NCBI GenBank assembly: GCA_964016885.1 | Contig: OZ024741.1 | Coordinates: 169,198,001-169,262,000, forward strand | Source of the DNA: Eledone cirrhosa | Taxonomy: Eukaryota | Direction: 5' to 3' | Length of the DNA stretch: 64,000 bases | The notes under the pieces: model-generated | The model's input: the letters and a program-made list of their open reading frames with translations, nothing else | The model's database searches: none | What the model was told of the DNA's origin: nothing | Translations under genes and position numbers: made by a program | Shown here: positions 38,691 through 53,094 of the stretch, in pieces | Layout of the letters: each line of letters starts with the position of its first letter | Numbering within the stretch: position 1 is the first letter of the stretch

Positions 38691-39730
38691 GTTATTCGTG
38701 ATCTCACCAAGGTGCATGACTTAATTGGGCTCACAATCATGAAGTTGTGCATTTGATTCCTGGACCGTTGCTCCAGTTTACATATCTGTAGATACGAGTT
38801 GTGACATCATTGGTGCCAAGTTGTATCAGCTTCTGCGTTTCCCTTGGACAACATCGCTGCCATGGAGAGGAGAGTTTGGTATGCATGCACAACTGTTGAT
38901 CTTCATCTTCCACAAAAACACTTTGCCTGGTCTTGTGCCCTAGAGGGGAACTTTCTAGATACAAACCCCATTGTCATTCATGATCAAAAGGGGCCCTTAT
39001 ATATATATAAAGACCCCCACACACACATACATATGTTTGTATATATATCCAGTCCGAAACAAATGAGGTTGTGTAGGTGCCACGACAAAAAAAAACACAG
39101 TCCACACTGTAATGTGGCCGTGTAGGTAACACGGTAAAAACCTCCCAGTTCACACTGTAAACGTGGTTGGTGTTAGGAAGGGCATCCAGCCGTAGAAAAC
39201 CCGCCAGACAGTCCTATACGAGCAGGACAACAAATCTTGCCTCAAGTGAGAAAACTCCCATCCAAACCCATGCTAGCGTGGAAGATGGACGTTAAACGAT
39301 GATGATGATGATGATGATGATGATGATATATATATATATATATATATATAGTAATAATAAATGTTAAGACTAAAATCCGAAGAGGGTGAAAGCAGCGATT
39401 CTTTGCTTAAACTTTAATCTGTTCTTATAATAAATATATATATACACATACATACATATATATATATATAAACATATTTGTGTGTATGTGTGTGTGTACA
39501 TATATGTGTGTGTGTGTGGGACAATAGGAAAATAAAATGTTAATATACACATATACACATGTATGTTTGTGTGAAATACATCCCTTTTGTGTGAGTTGCT
39601 GTGTTATTTGCTTTTTCTTAAATATACAGGTATTTGACAGAATATATGTGTGTGTCTATGGGTATGTATTTGTATGTGCAAGTGTCTATCTATATATCCC
39701 TATTTGTCTGTTTGTTTGTGTGGGGATAGG

Positions 39731-39781
<51 letters not shown>

Positions 39782-40539
39782 CACCCCCAGCCATCTGTTT
39801 ATCAATATTTCATGCAACAGCTGGGCAATCTTTCAGCTAAGTCTACTTAACAGGAAAGTTGATGGAAGACAAAACAACACAATACACATCCTGCTAAATG
39901 AGTATGTGTGCTGGACCTCTGTAGGTTCCAACAATAAGTATTCCAGCTGTTTTATCAAATGTAGAAAATGACTGTAATAATAGTCTGTCACTATGAAATA
40001 TAGATTTTGGGACACTCACATTTTAAAATTTCAAATTCTCCAAACATTCCATAAAAGTCTCAGTTATCTCTAATCATAGTAGTCAATATATTCACACAGT
40101 ATTAGAGTGATGTAGGCTTCAATTCCTCATGGATGCTTCTGTTCAATTTTTTTCCATCTCTAAAGGTAATTTACCCGATTTTATCAACTATTATTTATAG
40201 TGATGTACTATTATTATAGTGATATTCTGTGTTTGGGATGCTCACATTTTCAAATTTCAAATTCTCCCAACACACTGTAAAGTCATAATTTATATATGTA
40301 TATCATCATCATACACACACACAAAAAAACATGAAAATATGTGTTTGTATGTGAGAGAGAGAGAGAGAAAGAGAGAGTGTGTATGTGTGTGTGTGTGTGT
40401 GTGTATAATGGAAAATATATGTTATGCTGATATTGGTTGTTAGTTTCACTATTTTTTCACTTTCAAAACCAGAACTAGTGAGAGGAGGTGAGAGTGAGAG
40501 AGAGGAGGAAAGGAAGAAAGATAAAGTGTGTGAGAGAGA

Positions 40540-40971
40540 GATGAGTTAACAAGATGTTATGTATTTCTGTGAGAAGTTCTTATAATCAGAAAAAAATGCT
40601 CAATAAATGTTTTATTTTCCTTAGATATGCACTCACATTAACCTACACAAAATCATATACACATGAGAAATGATAGGAACATAACAATATCTTCATAGAT
40701 AAGCACTTACATTAACCCATGTCAAACCATATACACATGGGAGATGATTATACCAATATCTTTTTACATTTATAATATGTATTGATACCTCCCATGGGCA
40801 TGTCATGGTATCTAAACAGGTTGTAAATAACAGAAGATATTGCTAAGTCCCTATCATCTCTCCTGTGAATATGGCTTGGTATGGGTTAAGGTGAGTGCTT
40901 ATGTATTGGGGATAAAAACATTTATGGAACACTTTCTAATTACTTTACAGAAATACATAACTCCTTTTTAG

Positions 40972-40978
<7 letters not shown>
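40540..40978. repeat. Imperfect fold-back of about 430 bp (MITE-like) between (GA)n and (CT)n tracts
   Basis: GTTATGTATTTCTGT/ACAGAAATACATAAC, ATAAATGTTTT/AAAACATTTAT and GCACTCACATTAACC/GGTTAAGGTGAGTGC arm pairs. Confidence 0.65.
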
Positions 40979-41046
<68 letters not shown>

Positions 41047-42184
41047 CATCAACCAGTGCCAATCGAGCTCTTTAACCCCTGTTCAATTAGACAAGTTAAA
41101 TTTCATCTTACATAAAATTATAATGGGAGGTTTTAAAATGAATATAAACACTTTAACCCTTTTGTCACTATATTTCTAATGAAACACACTTCCTATAATG
41201 TTTTCAAAATCAAGAATTTGAAGGGATTTAGTAATATAGCTAACTTTCTCATTATTAAGCTGGTGTTGTATTATCAAAAGGTCTTAGAAAATTCACCTTG
41301 TTTAACAACTTGAGTAGGTGCAATTAACCAAGATATTGCTGGTTCATTTTCTATTAACTCTTTCCATGTTCACAAAATTTTTGTGAAAAAATTGGTGGGA
41401 TTGAAGTGGGGTTGTATTGTCAATGGTCCTTTCTTTGTTTTTTCTCATAGATGATATCAAGAGAAAAAATGATAGAGAGAGGTGTAATGAAAAATCTACT
41501 GCAGTGTATGACTGGTTACTTTATTAACGCCAAAGAGATGAAAACCAAAATTATTATAACAAGCATAATGGCAACTAATTCTAAACACTAAGAAGAAAAA
41601 ACAATTAAAGCAGTAATTTCTCAATAAAAATATATTTTTGGTATATATTTTCTTTTAAGAATTCTAATATTTATGTTTTATAATTGCTTTGGGAAAGCTG
41701 GTACACTGCAAGTTAGAATTAGAAGAGTGAAAGCTAGAACTGACTAGAATAAGAAAAACAACACAAAACAGCATTTTAAACTTTTACCTTACTTTTGAAA
41801 AGAAAGAAATTGGCATGTGATGTTGGCAACAAGTGATGCTCTATAAAATATAAGGTAAAACTGTAAGCTGTTTATTTTTCTTTGTCTTGGTTAACTCTAC
41901 TCTACTATAGTTTTCACTCCTGTTTTGTCTACTTGACTCCCATGTATGTCAATACTCATCCTTTTCCATTTTTAGAGGGTTTTAAACCCCACTATTAGGC
42001 TAAAATTTCTTTAGTCAAAAATACAGGGAAAGCTTCTATTTCTACTAAATTTCAAACATCACTCGCTGTTTCAAAAACAAACTTACTTACCTTACATTGT
42101 ACCAGCTTCCCCCAAAATAATCCTAACCACATGTCTCACAATGTTTCATATATATAAACTATATTGCTTTATTCTTTATACTCT

Positions 42185-42215
42185 AATCTTTTATTCTGTT
42201 GCTGTTGTTTTTCAG
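42185..42215 (+). promoter_or_regulatory. Splice acceptor 67 nt upstream of the OPR ATG, implying an upstream 5'UTR exon
   Basis: TTTTATTCTGTTGCTGTTGTTTTTCAG|GTT, a strong polypyrimidine tract with CAG. Confidence 0.6.
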
Positions 42216-42282
42216 GTTAGATCCTGCATAATTTCTACACATCTTGTTCTTGGAATCTTCGCACTTATAAACAGAAACAAAG

Positions 42283-43255
42283 ATGGAAAATTTCACAGAA
42301 GACACTCTCCTTCATTCATGGATTAGTGCCACAACACAAGCCAACAGCATTCTACCCGCTAAACACAATGCGGAATTGGCTAAATTTGAAATTATGGTCC
42401 TGTGTATTCTCTGTTTCTTGGCTCTATTTGGGAATGCAGTGGTGTTAGTTGTCCTGCGCATCAAGAAAACAACCCTCACTCGAATGCAACTGTTGATTGT
42501 ATATTTGAGTGTGACAGATATTTCTGTAGCTCTCTTGCATATTCTGCCAACCATTATTCTCAAGATCAACTTCCATTTCCTTGGAGACATATCTGCTTGT
42601 CGAATGTACCAGTTTATTAGCGTTGCTGTACTTTATGCTTCTTCATTTGTCCTCATTGTCACAGCCTTGGACCGTTATATTTCAATATGTCATCCTCTTG
42701 CTGCCCACATCTGGACCAATCGTAGAGTTCATATGACTACTGCTTTAGCTTTGGTTTTAGCCATGATGTGTTCATTACCACAGTTGGATGCAGTTCTTAT
42801 AGACTACAATGGCGGCAAATTATGCACACCCAACCTCACCACAGAACTTGCCAAGATCGCCTACAGTTGGTGGGCTTTCTGTTCTGTATTTTTTGTTCCT
42901 TTGCTCCTGCTTATCTTTTTCTATGGCAGGATATGCTTTGTTGTTTGGCAGAGCATGCGTGGTCGAGAATGTACACAGTCAGTTGGTAGTGCAACATCGA
43001 GATATGTACGCAAGCCGATGAAGTGTAGGATCTCTTCCCAAACATCATCAGAGAACCGAGTGAAGAACTACTCAGATACACGGGAAAAGGACTCATCACG
43101 CAACCCACGAGCTATCTGTCGTGGTGTTTCCAAATCAAAAATCAAAACCATCAAACTAACATTTTCTGTCGTGGCATGTTTTATTATCTGCTATACTCCA
43201 TTCTTCACTGTTCTCATGGCGAGAACTTATCATGCAGAACTGATAACAACTGAGA
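42283..43255 (+). CDS. OPR: Octopressin receptor (oxytocin/vasopressin-family class A GPCR), coding exon 1 (N-terminus to TM6/ECL3)
   Basis: ORF MENFTED... with TM1 GNxxV, TM2 LSVTD, TM3 ALDRY, TM4 SLPQ, ICL3 VSKSKIKTIKLT and TM6 CFIICYTPFF. Closely resembles Octopus vulgaris OPR as I recall it. Canonical donor A|GTAAGT at 43255/43256 (phase 1). Confidence 0.92.
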
Positions 43256-43413
43256 GTAAGTAACATTTTTGTTTTTATTCTTATTCTGATTACAAAATGA
43301 CCTTTTCTATCTAGGCTACAGTGTATATTATATATATATATGGTTTCTACAGGACTAGAACTGTTTCATTCAAAGGTTACCCTCAATTGAACCCAGAACT
43401 CATACATATATAA

Positions 43414-44184
<771 letters not shown>

Positions 44185-45132
44185 TTAATATTTTTTTTAA
44201 GGCAACGCTTGTAATAACTCTAGTTAAACATGATATATATTAATAATAAATTATCGTTGTAATGTAATTAGATTATATAATTGTTATTTCATAAATGATC
44301 TTATAAATATTATTGTAAGATGTATAAAAATATTTTCAGACTTTTAATATCAACTACAAAAAACAATCAATATTAAATAAATATATTTTACATAATAATT
44401 GTTATAGTTGAATTAATAAAAATTAAATATTACATACAAATAGTCTAACATAATAATAAAAAAATAATCTAACATAATAATAATAAAATAATCTAACATA
44501 AAACAAACAATAATATGGAAAAATATTCAAGTAAATATGATACAACCAATACTACAAACTGAAAAAGAAATAGTTAATATAAATTTAAAAAATCATATAT
44601 AAATTAACAATATAACTTACCAAAACGAGAAAAATATTTTGATGATAAACGACGAAATACAGGAGGAAGATTCGAAAGCGAAGTGATAAATAAACGTGCA
44701 AACAAAATGGCGGATGCTTTTGAGCAACAATTACTCTCGTTGGTTGATTAGCCAATAAGATGATGAAATTAGCCAATAAGACGAAACATTACAAAACATG
44801 TTTGGCAGTGATCATCACCATGGCCAGTGACACCCCTTGAATTTTTTTATTCACAAGCTACGCATATATGTCAGACACGCAGACATAAAACATTCTGTTG
44901 TTAGTCACTGCGTATCTAACAGATATATATATATATATAAATGTAATCTGAGTTTTTCGAATATTAAGAATGATATTCGATTCGTTTGCAATTATGCAAA
45001 CAAGCCTCATTTTTAAAGCCAGTAGAATGAGCCTCAGTCAGTAGAATGAGCCTCTCATTCTTGCTCTTGTATTCGAAAAACTCATATTACATTTATTGTA
45101 TTCAGCCATGTGGAGTGGAAATTTTTTTATTT

Positions 45133-45172
<40 letters not shown>

Positions 45173-46360
45173 GCAGTGTGTTACATTGTGTTGTTGAGAA
45201 CAACATTTCATTTCATATGGCTTTTCCTGATGGAACTGGGTTCATATCATTAAAACCTGAGAAACTTATGACACAGCCCCTGGTAGGAGGCTGGCTAAAC
45301 ATGAATAGGTGGTTTTTACATAAATAATATTGCTAAATTATTGAGAGCTAAGAAAAAATATATAAATACCATTGGAAGAAGACATTAACTATCTCAGAAT
45401 AAATGTGTGCTGGATTTCTGTTCCTGCTTACGAGTGTTGCAGCTTGCACATAAAATTAACATGCAAGTAGTCAGCATTCTACAGACACATTTATCTTTAA
45501 TACAATTCTCAAGGAGATTCAGCATAACACAGTGTGTGTCAAAGCCATCCCTTTAAATTACAACCATAATTCATTTTCTGCCAGAAAAATGGACTGGTGC
45601 AATGTGAAATATAGTGTCTTGTTAAAAAATACAACATATCCCTGCATGCCATAAGAGGCAATTAAAAGGATTGGGGCCACAAAAAGGACCCCATTTCCTG
45701 GTACCTAAAAGCTAAACCCTGGCCTTAAAATGGTTTGTCATTGTTGAGGTTTTTCAGGTATAAAACATGCCACTGGGAATTGAAATCACAATCTTACAAT
45801 CATAAACAAAACCACCTAACTACTTAGCCACAGGTCTTCCCATACTCCACGGGATGTAAAGCAAATTATCCACTCCCTTATCTGTTTCATTAGAAGCCAT
45901 CCGTTGCCACACAGTTTAGGTCTATTTCATACACTAAAGATTTTCTTTTTCTAACACCAAATGTCACACAACAATTATATTATGGATACAAATCATATTA
46001 TGCATATATACATATCTGTGTCTATGTGTGTGCATGTGTGTGTATATATTCATACATACATATATATATATTTACATATATATTTACATATATATATATG
46101 TATAACCAAAAGTTAAACAAGGTTCACTGATTAATCAATGAATATAGTTTTACAATAGATTAGAAGCACTCAACAGTGGTTTTCTGGAGTTATTAATATT
46201 AATTCAAAATATTAATAAATATAGACATTCACGTTAGCAAAATATATTTTATTATATATATTTCGGAGGTACTGTGTTGTTTTCTCAGTATGTCCTCATC
46301 AGTCTGCCAAGACTGAAATTGAACTATCAGCACAGTTGAGGTATGTCATACATCAATTTA

Positions 46361-46430
46361 TATATTTTATCTGATGAGGACATACTGAGAAAACAACACA
46401 GTACCTCCGAAATATATATAATAAAATATA
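46361..46430 (+). ncRNA. Type I hammerhead ribozyme in the OPR intron (sense); partial inverted copy at 46244-46302
   Basis: TATATTTTAT-CTGATGA-GGAcaTACTG-loop-CAGTAccTCC-GAAA-T-atat-ATA^ATAAAATATA, with a perfect 10-bp stem I. Confidence 0.85.
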
Positions 46431-46469
46431 TTTGATTACGTGAATGTCTATATTTATTAATATTTTGAA

Positions 46470-46506
<37 letters not shown>

Positions 46507-46593
46507 CTAATGGTAGCTAAGATGGTTCCATAGGCGGTATGCCGGTTGAGCACTCTATGCTCCTATGGAGCAGAATATTATATATATATATAT

Positions 46594-46626
<33 letters not shown>

Positions 46627-47565
46627 AGTATGTATACATACATACATATATGTGTACAGACGTACAGTAGTATGTATATGTATACATACATGCACACATA
46701 TATATATATACATATACGTATGGGTTTACCGCACATTTATTATAATGTTCGGTTTATTTGTAAACAAACAGCCCGAATTATGCCGTACAGTGTTCGGCAA
46801 CCAACAAAAAGGCGACGATGGTTGCCGAACACTGTACGGCTTAATTTGGGATGTTTGTTTATAAACAAACCGAGCATTATAATAATGTTCGGTAAACCGA
46901 TACGTGCATATATATATGTGTGCATGTATGTATATATATACATACTACTGTACATCTGTATACATATATGTATGTGCGTATACATACTTATATTTAGGTA
47001 TCAGCCGTACTAAGAGTGAGAAATGAAATTTCGTTTCATTCTTTTCCATTTATATATATATGTAGGCGCCACGAAAAAGCACCCAGCACTCACTGTAAAT
47101 GAGGTTGGTGTTAGGAAGGGCATCCAGCTGTAGAAATCAAGCCAGATCAGTTCCTGTATGAGCAAGGCATGGTCAGCCGACCAGACACTGCACACAATAG
47201 GACAACCCGTCTAACCCATGCTAGCGTGGAAGAACGGACGTAAAACGGTGATGATGATGATGATGATGATATATATATATACTATATATATATATAATAT
47301 ATATAATTGTTTCTACTTTTGGCACAAAGCCAGCAATTACCCAGTACATTACTGGTACTTTATTTTATCGACCCTATATTATATATATATACAGTCTGTT
47401 CGGTTTTTATTTTGAAGGAAATAACTTGTGATATCATGTACGTCTAATATACATTTATATAAAACATAAGTACTCTTACTTTTGGGAGAAACCTCGTACA
47501 CATATTTATATATATATATATATATTTACATCGATATATATGTGTACATATATATATATACATAC

Positions 47566-47652
<87 letters not shown>

Positions 47653-47885
47653 TATTTTGATTACGTGAATGTCTATATTTATTAATATTTTGAATTAATA
47701 TTAATAACTCCAGAAAACCACTGTTGAGTGCTTCTAATCTATTGTAAAACTATATTCATTGATTAATCAGTGAACCTTGTTTAACTTTTGTATATATATA
47801 TATATATACATAACTTTCTTTCCCCTTTTCCATATAAAGCATGAAACTAATAAGACTTTGTGTACCTTTGTTTGTCATTTCCTTG

Positions 47886-47940
<55 letters not shown>

Positions 47941-48342
47941 CTCTAGTGTGTGAGAGAGAGAGAGAGACAGACAGGGAGAGAGATTGGGGGAGACAGAGAG
48001 ATACATATATGCATATATGTGTATATATTGTTAAACTATGATTATATATATATATGTGTGCATGTATAGATGTATGTGTGTATTCATATACATGGAAGGC
48101 CACACCCATGAATAAAAGCTAAATAAAAACAAACACCAGAAAAACGGTATATGGCTGTCATTTGAAAGCCTTTGTTTGTAATATTTGCTGAGCTAACAGT
48201 TGAGATTGTTACAAATACTCAACATTAACCAGCCAACTGTTTGGATTACTAAGAAATACAAATTAAAATTCCATATGTTCTTAATAGGCTTGTACATATC
48301 GATCCTCCATATGTCAATCAATAAATCTCCTGGAGGATTAAG

Positions 48343-49017
48343 TTAACCCTTTCATTACCAATATTTCTAATGAAAGGCGCAGTCAATGATTTTCAATCAA
48401 TTTTTACTATAACCAAGAATTTGAAGGGATTTAGTTATATATCTAACTTTCTCATCTTTAAGCTGTTGTTTGGAACATAAAGTAATGTTATCTTTTGCTC
48501 TGGTAGCAATTCGTTTACCCACTCTTTTCACACCACCCCCTTTTTGTTGTATGTGGTCCTAGATATATGTATTACCTACTTTGTATATATTGCATGTGTT
48601 TGTGTTTTCGTTCTGTAACCATTATATCATTATAATTTTTAAACCATAATATAATGGTTATAGTTGGCAGTATCGGTAGAGCATCAGACAACATGTTTTG
48701 CACCATAGAGTTATGGCCCTTTATGATCTGAGTTCAATTCCCACCGAGGTTAACTTTGCCTTTCATCCTTAAGGGGCTGATAAAATAAAGTACCAGTAAT
48801 GAACTGGAATAATTGCTGGCCGTGTGCCAAATTAGAAACAATTATTATATTTTTTATACAACTGTGAATAAAAGATTTTCTGTAACTAAAAAATAATAAT
48901 TAAAAAAAGTAATAGGATTATAGAAGGATTTGGGATAAATATAAACTCTTTCTAATAAACGGTGTTCTATCATAGAACAAGGTATGGTTTCAGTTGTTTT
49001 GGTATTGAAAGGGTTAA
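48343..49017. mobile_element. piggyBac-like MITE, second family (relatives at 18640-18904 and 41153-41280)
   Basis: TTAA-CCCTTTCATTACCAA...TTGGTATTGAAAGGG-TTAA. Confidence 0.7.
48662..48845 (+). mobile_element. Nin/Deu-domain SINE nested in a piggyBac-like MITE
   Basis: Family B motifs inside 48343-49017. Confidence 0.75.
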
Positions 49018-49254
49018 GAGTTAACATGTCTGTGGAATACCCAGGTAGTAATTAATCCAATGCTTTACAATCACTTCAGAGAGCCAGTATTAATTTGCAG
49101 GTTAATGGATGCTAATTATGTAAATCAATACCATCAGCTTTGAAAGTGCACATCTCTTCTGTATTCATTCAAACCAAATCACATAAGTAAGTAAATCACA
49201 TGGGGAAAAAGAATAGAGAAGAAAGTATGGCAATAAATAAATAAATAAAAGAAT

Positions 49255-49760
49255 ACTATATAGATAGATTTCTTTATTAGCCACAAGGGCGCAACAAGAA
49301 AAGGGGACAATACAAAGACATGCCGGGGATTTTACATACAGTCGTGTAAAAAATATAAAAACAAACAATTTCAACAATCGAAATCCCCAATAGGGGGGAG
49401 GCGCCACAAATGGGTTGTTTAATACCCCGTCGATAGAACAACCCTCAACTCCAGGAGCGTGTTGTGCAAGTGCTCCCTTCCTCCTTTTGCTCTCTTCCTC
49501 AACCTACAGGCTTATAAACAGAGAAGGCCCAATCACTCGGGCCATTTTCGCTTCATTCACCCACCTTTCAGTAAATTTACTGGGGTGCAGTGCCTCTCTC
49601 TCCACCCTGATTCTCCTTCTAAAGTGATACTTAAAGAAGGGAATCAATTGTTGTCCGGAGAGAAAGGCATCTGTCCTCAGTCCTCTCAACCTCGTCCACC
49701 ATATAACTTCTTTCACCATAGCCACCGTACAGAGGAAAACCGCCTCTCTTTCGTAGATAG
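49255..49760 (-). mobile_element. L1/Tx1-type LINE 3' end
   Basis: AMVKEVIWWTR...FFKYHFRRRIRVERE...FTERW, then a 3'UTR ending CCCTTGTGGCTAATAAAGAAATCTATCTAT. Confidence 0.6.
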
Positions 49761-50380
49761 AATAGCTTGTTGTTGGGTTGCTTTACTTGGAATCTAGCCA
49801 TTAGTAACTTTGCGTAAGTTATCCTATATGCAGTTCTCTGAATTAGATATATTTTAGCAATCTTTTCATTGAGATGTTCTGTATATTAACACAAAGCCTT
49901 ATTAGTTTCATGCTTGTTTGAAAAGATTTCAATGTATCAGATATTAGTTCTTCATCAAAAAAGAGCAAAGTTAGGAGAAGGAGGGGTTGAGGAGAAAAAT
50001 ATATATATGTTTATATGTAAACAAATAAAAAAATAAATTAAGAAATAAATAAGTGGCAGATATATTTAAAAGTGAAGAAATGTTAAAAGTGTACCAAGGT
50101 CCCTTCAAAACAGAGTAATTGAAATATGCCTGAGATCAAATTTAATGTATTGAAGATTAGGATGTATGCTGACTTTGGTCAGTCATATCATATTACAAGT
50201 GGCCAAAGCCAGCTATTGCATATGTGATTTGATGGAAAAGTAGGTCATGTGGATTATGTATTCTTCCATACACACAGAATCAAACTACCCAGATAGAGAT
50301 ACTATCACAGTTAAATAAATAGATATACTTGCAGGCAAACATAAAGACATTCACATACACACACTCATATATATATATAT

Positions 50381-50572
50381 GCGAGAAAAACCACAGACCT
50401 TCCATCTCAATTCTACTTTTGTAAAGCACAAGAACTGCAAAACTGGTAAAGGAACCAAATATTTTTAAAAAGACCCCCGTTGCATTTACGATTTCATCTA
50501 TTTTCCTTATACTTTCACTTGTGTAGGACATCTCGTTTTTTTTCATTTTGTAAAAAAACCTCATTTTCTAAT
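50381..50572 (+). mobile_element. Family D element, copy 3 (degenerate core)
   Basis: Reverse complement of 25193-25402. Core mutated to TTGTAAAGCACAAGAACTGCAAAACTGGTA. Confidence 0.65.
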
Positions 50573-50589
50573 ATATATATATATGTTCC

Positions 50590-51080
50590 GAGGCCATAGT
50601 ATCTAGAATAAGGACGAAAGGCTGGTTATATGATGCCTGTGTGAGGAGCTCAATGCTGCATCATAGTGAGACTTGGGCAGCAATTGCAGAGAATATGCGA
50701 CGGCTGGAGAGAAATGAGGCAAGCATGCTCCGTTGGATGTGCAATGTCAATGTGCGTGAACGACCCAGCATGGATGTGTTGAGAGAGAAACTGTGTCTAG
50801 AATGTAGTGTGCGAGAGAGGAGACTGCGGTGGTATGGACATGTGATGCACATGGAGGGTGACCGATGGGTGAAGAAGTGCCAGGAAATGCCAGTTGAAGG
50901 AAGACGTGGTAGAGGTAGACCACAAAAAACATGGGCGGAAGTGGTGAGAACGCTGAAGCTCAAGGTGGAGATGACGAAGGACCGTAACAAGTGGAGAGAT
51001 GCTGTGCTGAATAAGACCCGTCCCACCCTTGCAAGCAGGGAAAAGCGGACGTAAAATGATGATGATGATGATGATGATGA
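50590..51080 (+). mobile_element. RTE-type LINE 3' fragment, likely partner of SINE family A
   Basis: MLHHSETW...RRLRWYGHV...GRPQKTW. The terminal 40 nt or so match the family A SINE tail. Confidence 0.9.
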
Positions 51081-53094
51081 TATATATATATATATGTTAT
51101 ACATATATGAAGGAAGGTATAAACACATCCCTGACACCTAGTGGTTTCAAATGGTATATGGTAAGCCTTCTCAGGGGTATACCCTTGAGAAATCTTGCCA
51201 TATACAAGCCCAAACTGCTAAGCATTGCAATCAGATTTATACCTTCCTTTATGCTCACTCTGCTCTTCCCATGCATAAAGTACTACCTTGATTCATGGTC
51301 TCCCCACTCTTGTTTTGTAATATTAATGGTTTAAAACTATTAGAAAGAATAAAAATAGAGAAATAAAAACAGAATTAATTAATTTATTTGTTAACTTCAA
51401 TTTAGTCAATCATGACTGTTTAGCATCTTTCATTAGTTTATGTCATTATAGGTGTTTTTATGTTTTGCTAGGATTAGCTAAGTGAGTACGTGACTAGTGC
51501 TATATGTGTTATGGCTAAGGTTGTTGATTGTCAGGTGTAGCATGGGAAGAAGATTGAGCTATTGGTTAGAATGCTAACATAGGTGGTAGGGATGCAGAGG
51601 ATAGGCACGTTGCTGTCAGAGATAAAAGCTCATAAGGTTAGTGGCTCTGAATTTGTCCACTTCCATGTGGAGACATGGGCATTTATCTTAGTATAATATC
51701 TGTTAGTAGCTTGCTTGTATCTTTGTTGGACAGTATGCATGCATGCTGTTCAAGTGAAATGATATTTCACTAATTCTCTCTTTCCTTTAATTGTTTGTTA
51801 CTTTGTTAGGTATTTTACTTTATGAAGTAAGCTTTTCTGTTTCATGCTGTATATATTTGCTTCTATCTGTTATTAATTTTTCCTTTTATTCAGTTTATAA
51901 AAAGTTGTTTCATGTTGTTCAGAATTAGCTTCTGTTCGTGTCTACTTGGTTATTTAATTACTAAGCCTGTAACTTCACTCAATTCCTTGGAGGCGGGGTT
52001 ATCAGTTCATCAAGTAAGATAGAGTTTTGATTAGATCAATGGTTGATTGTAGGATTTTGGTTGAGTCGGTTTGGGTTCTGGTGGTTGAGCATACAGTTTG
52101 CTTCAGTGTATGCCTGTACGCTGGGTTAGATTTGTTGGGTTTATAGGTAGTTTTTGGTGGTTGTACTGTTTATGTATGAGTGCAATGCCAATAACATAAT
52201 GGGGTAATAATCATGTTGTTTTACTGAGAGGGATGGGGTATGGTTTGGAAGGGTATGTTTGAATTTACTTTCAGACTAATGTAGTATGGCATGATATGCT
52301 GGGTAGAGTTGACTGTAAGATTATGGATTATCAAAGTGCTGTAAAATGCAGATGATAACTGTAATAACAATTGATCACTATAGTTAATAGTTTAAAAAAT
52401 TAAGTAAATTTCTCTTAGGGACAGAAAAATGTGGACAGAGGCATTTACAAGGGATTGAACCCCATATGGGGTATAAAAGGATCGATTGACTTTCGTCAAA
52501 TCGGACCGAGCAAACAATGTTTCATTTGGTCTTTCCAGTTGCTAATACTATCTATCAGTCGCAACTCCATGTAGAAGGAGCAACGTGAAATAAAGTGTCT
52601 TGCTCAAGGACATAACGCATTGCCCGGTCCAGGAATCAAACTCACAACCTCAGGATTGTGAATCCAATTCTCTAACCACTCAGCCACACGCCTTCACATA
52701 TGGGGTATTACAAGTATATATCTAAGACATATCCACACCCACATGTGTTGTGTGTGTGTGTGTTTTGGATATCTGTTGGGTCTGATGAGTTATCCAGTTG
52801 ATGTGATCAACAAAATTAATGTGCAAGAGGCTGTACGTTAGTGTGAGAAGGCTGGTCCTTTGAATTACAGGTACAACTCATTTTTTTACCTATTAAATGA
52901 ACTGGAGTAACATGAAATAAAGTGTCTTGTCCGTGGATACAATGCACCACCTGGTTCCAGAATCAAATCCATGACCTTATGATCATGAGATGAATACCTT
53001 TACCACTCTGCCATACACCTTCCTTTAAAAAAGTACTTTAATACATTTACATACACGCACACTGGTTATTAGAGGAAAAACTGAGTATAAGATG

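Noticed and set aside
43256-43263. Apparent C-terminus ...TESK* of a single-exon 326-aa GPCR
   Set aside because: Read-through into the intron. TM7 is supplied by the exon at 62430.
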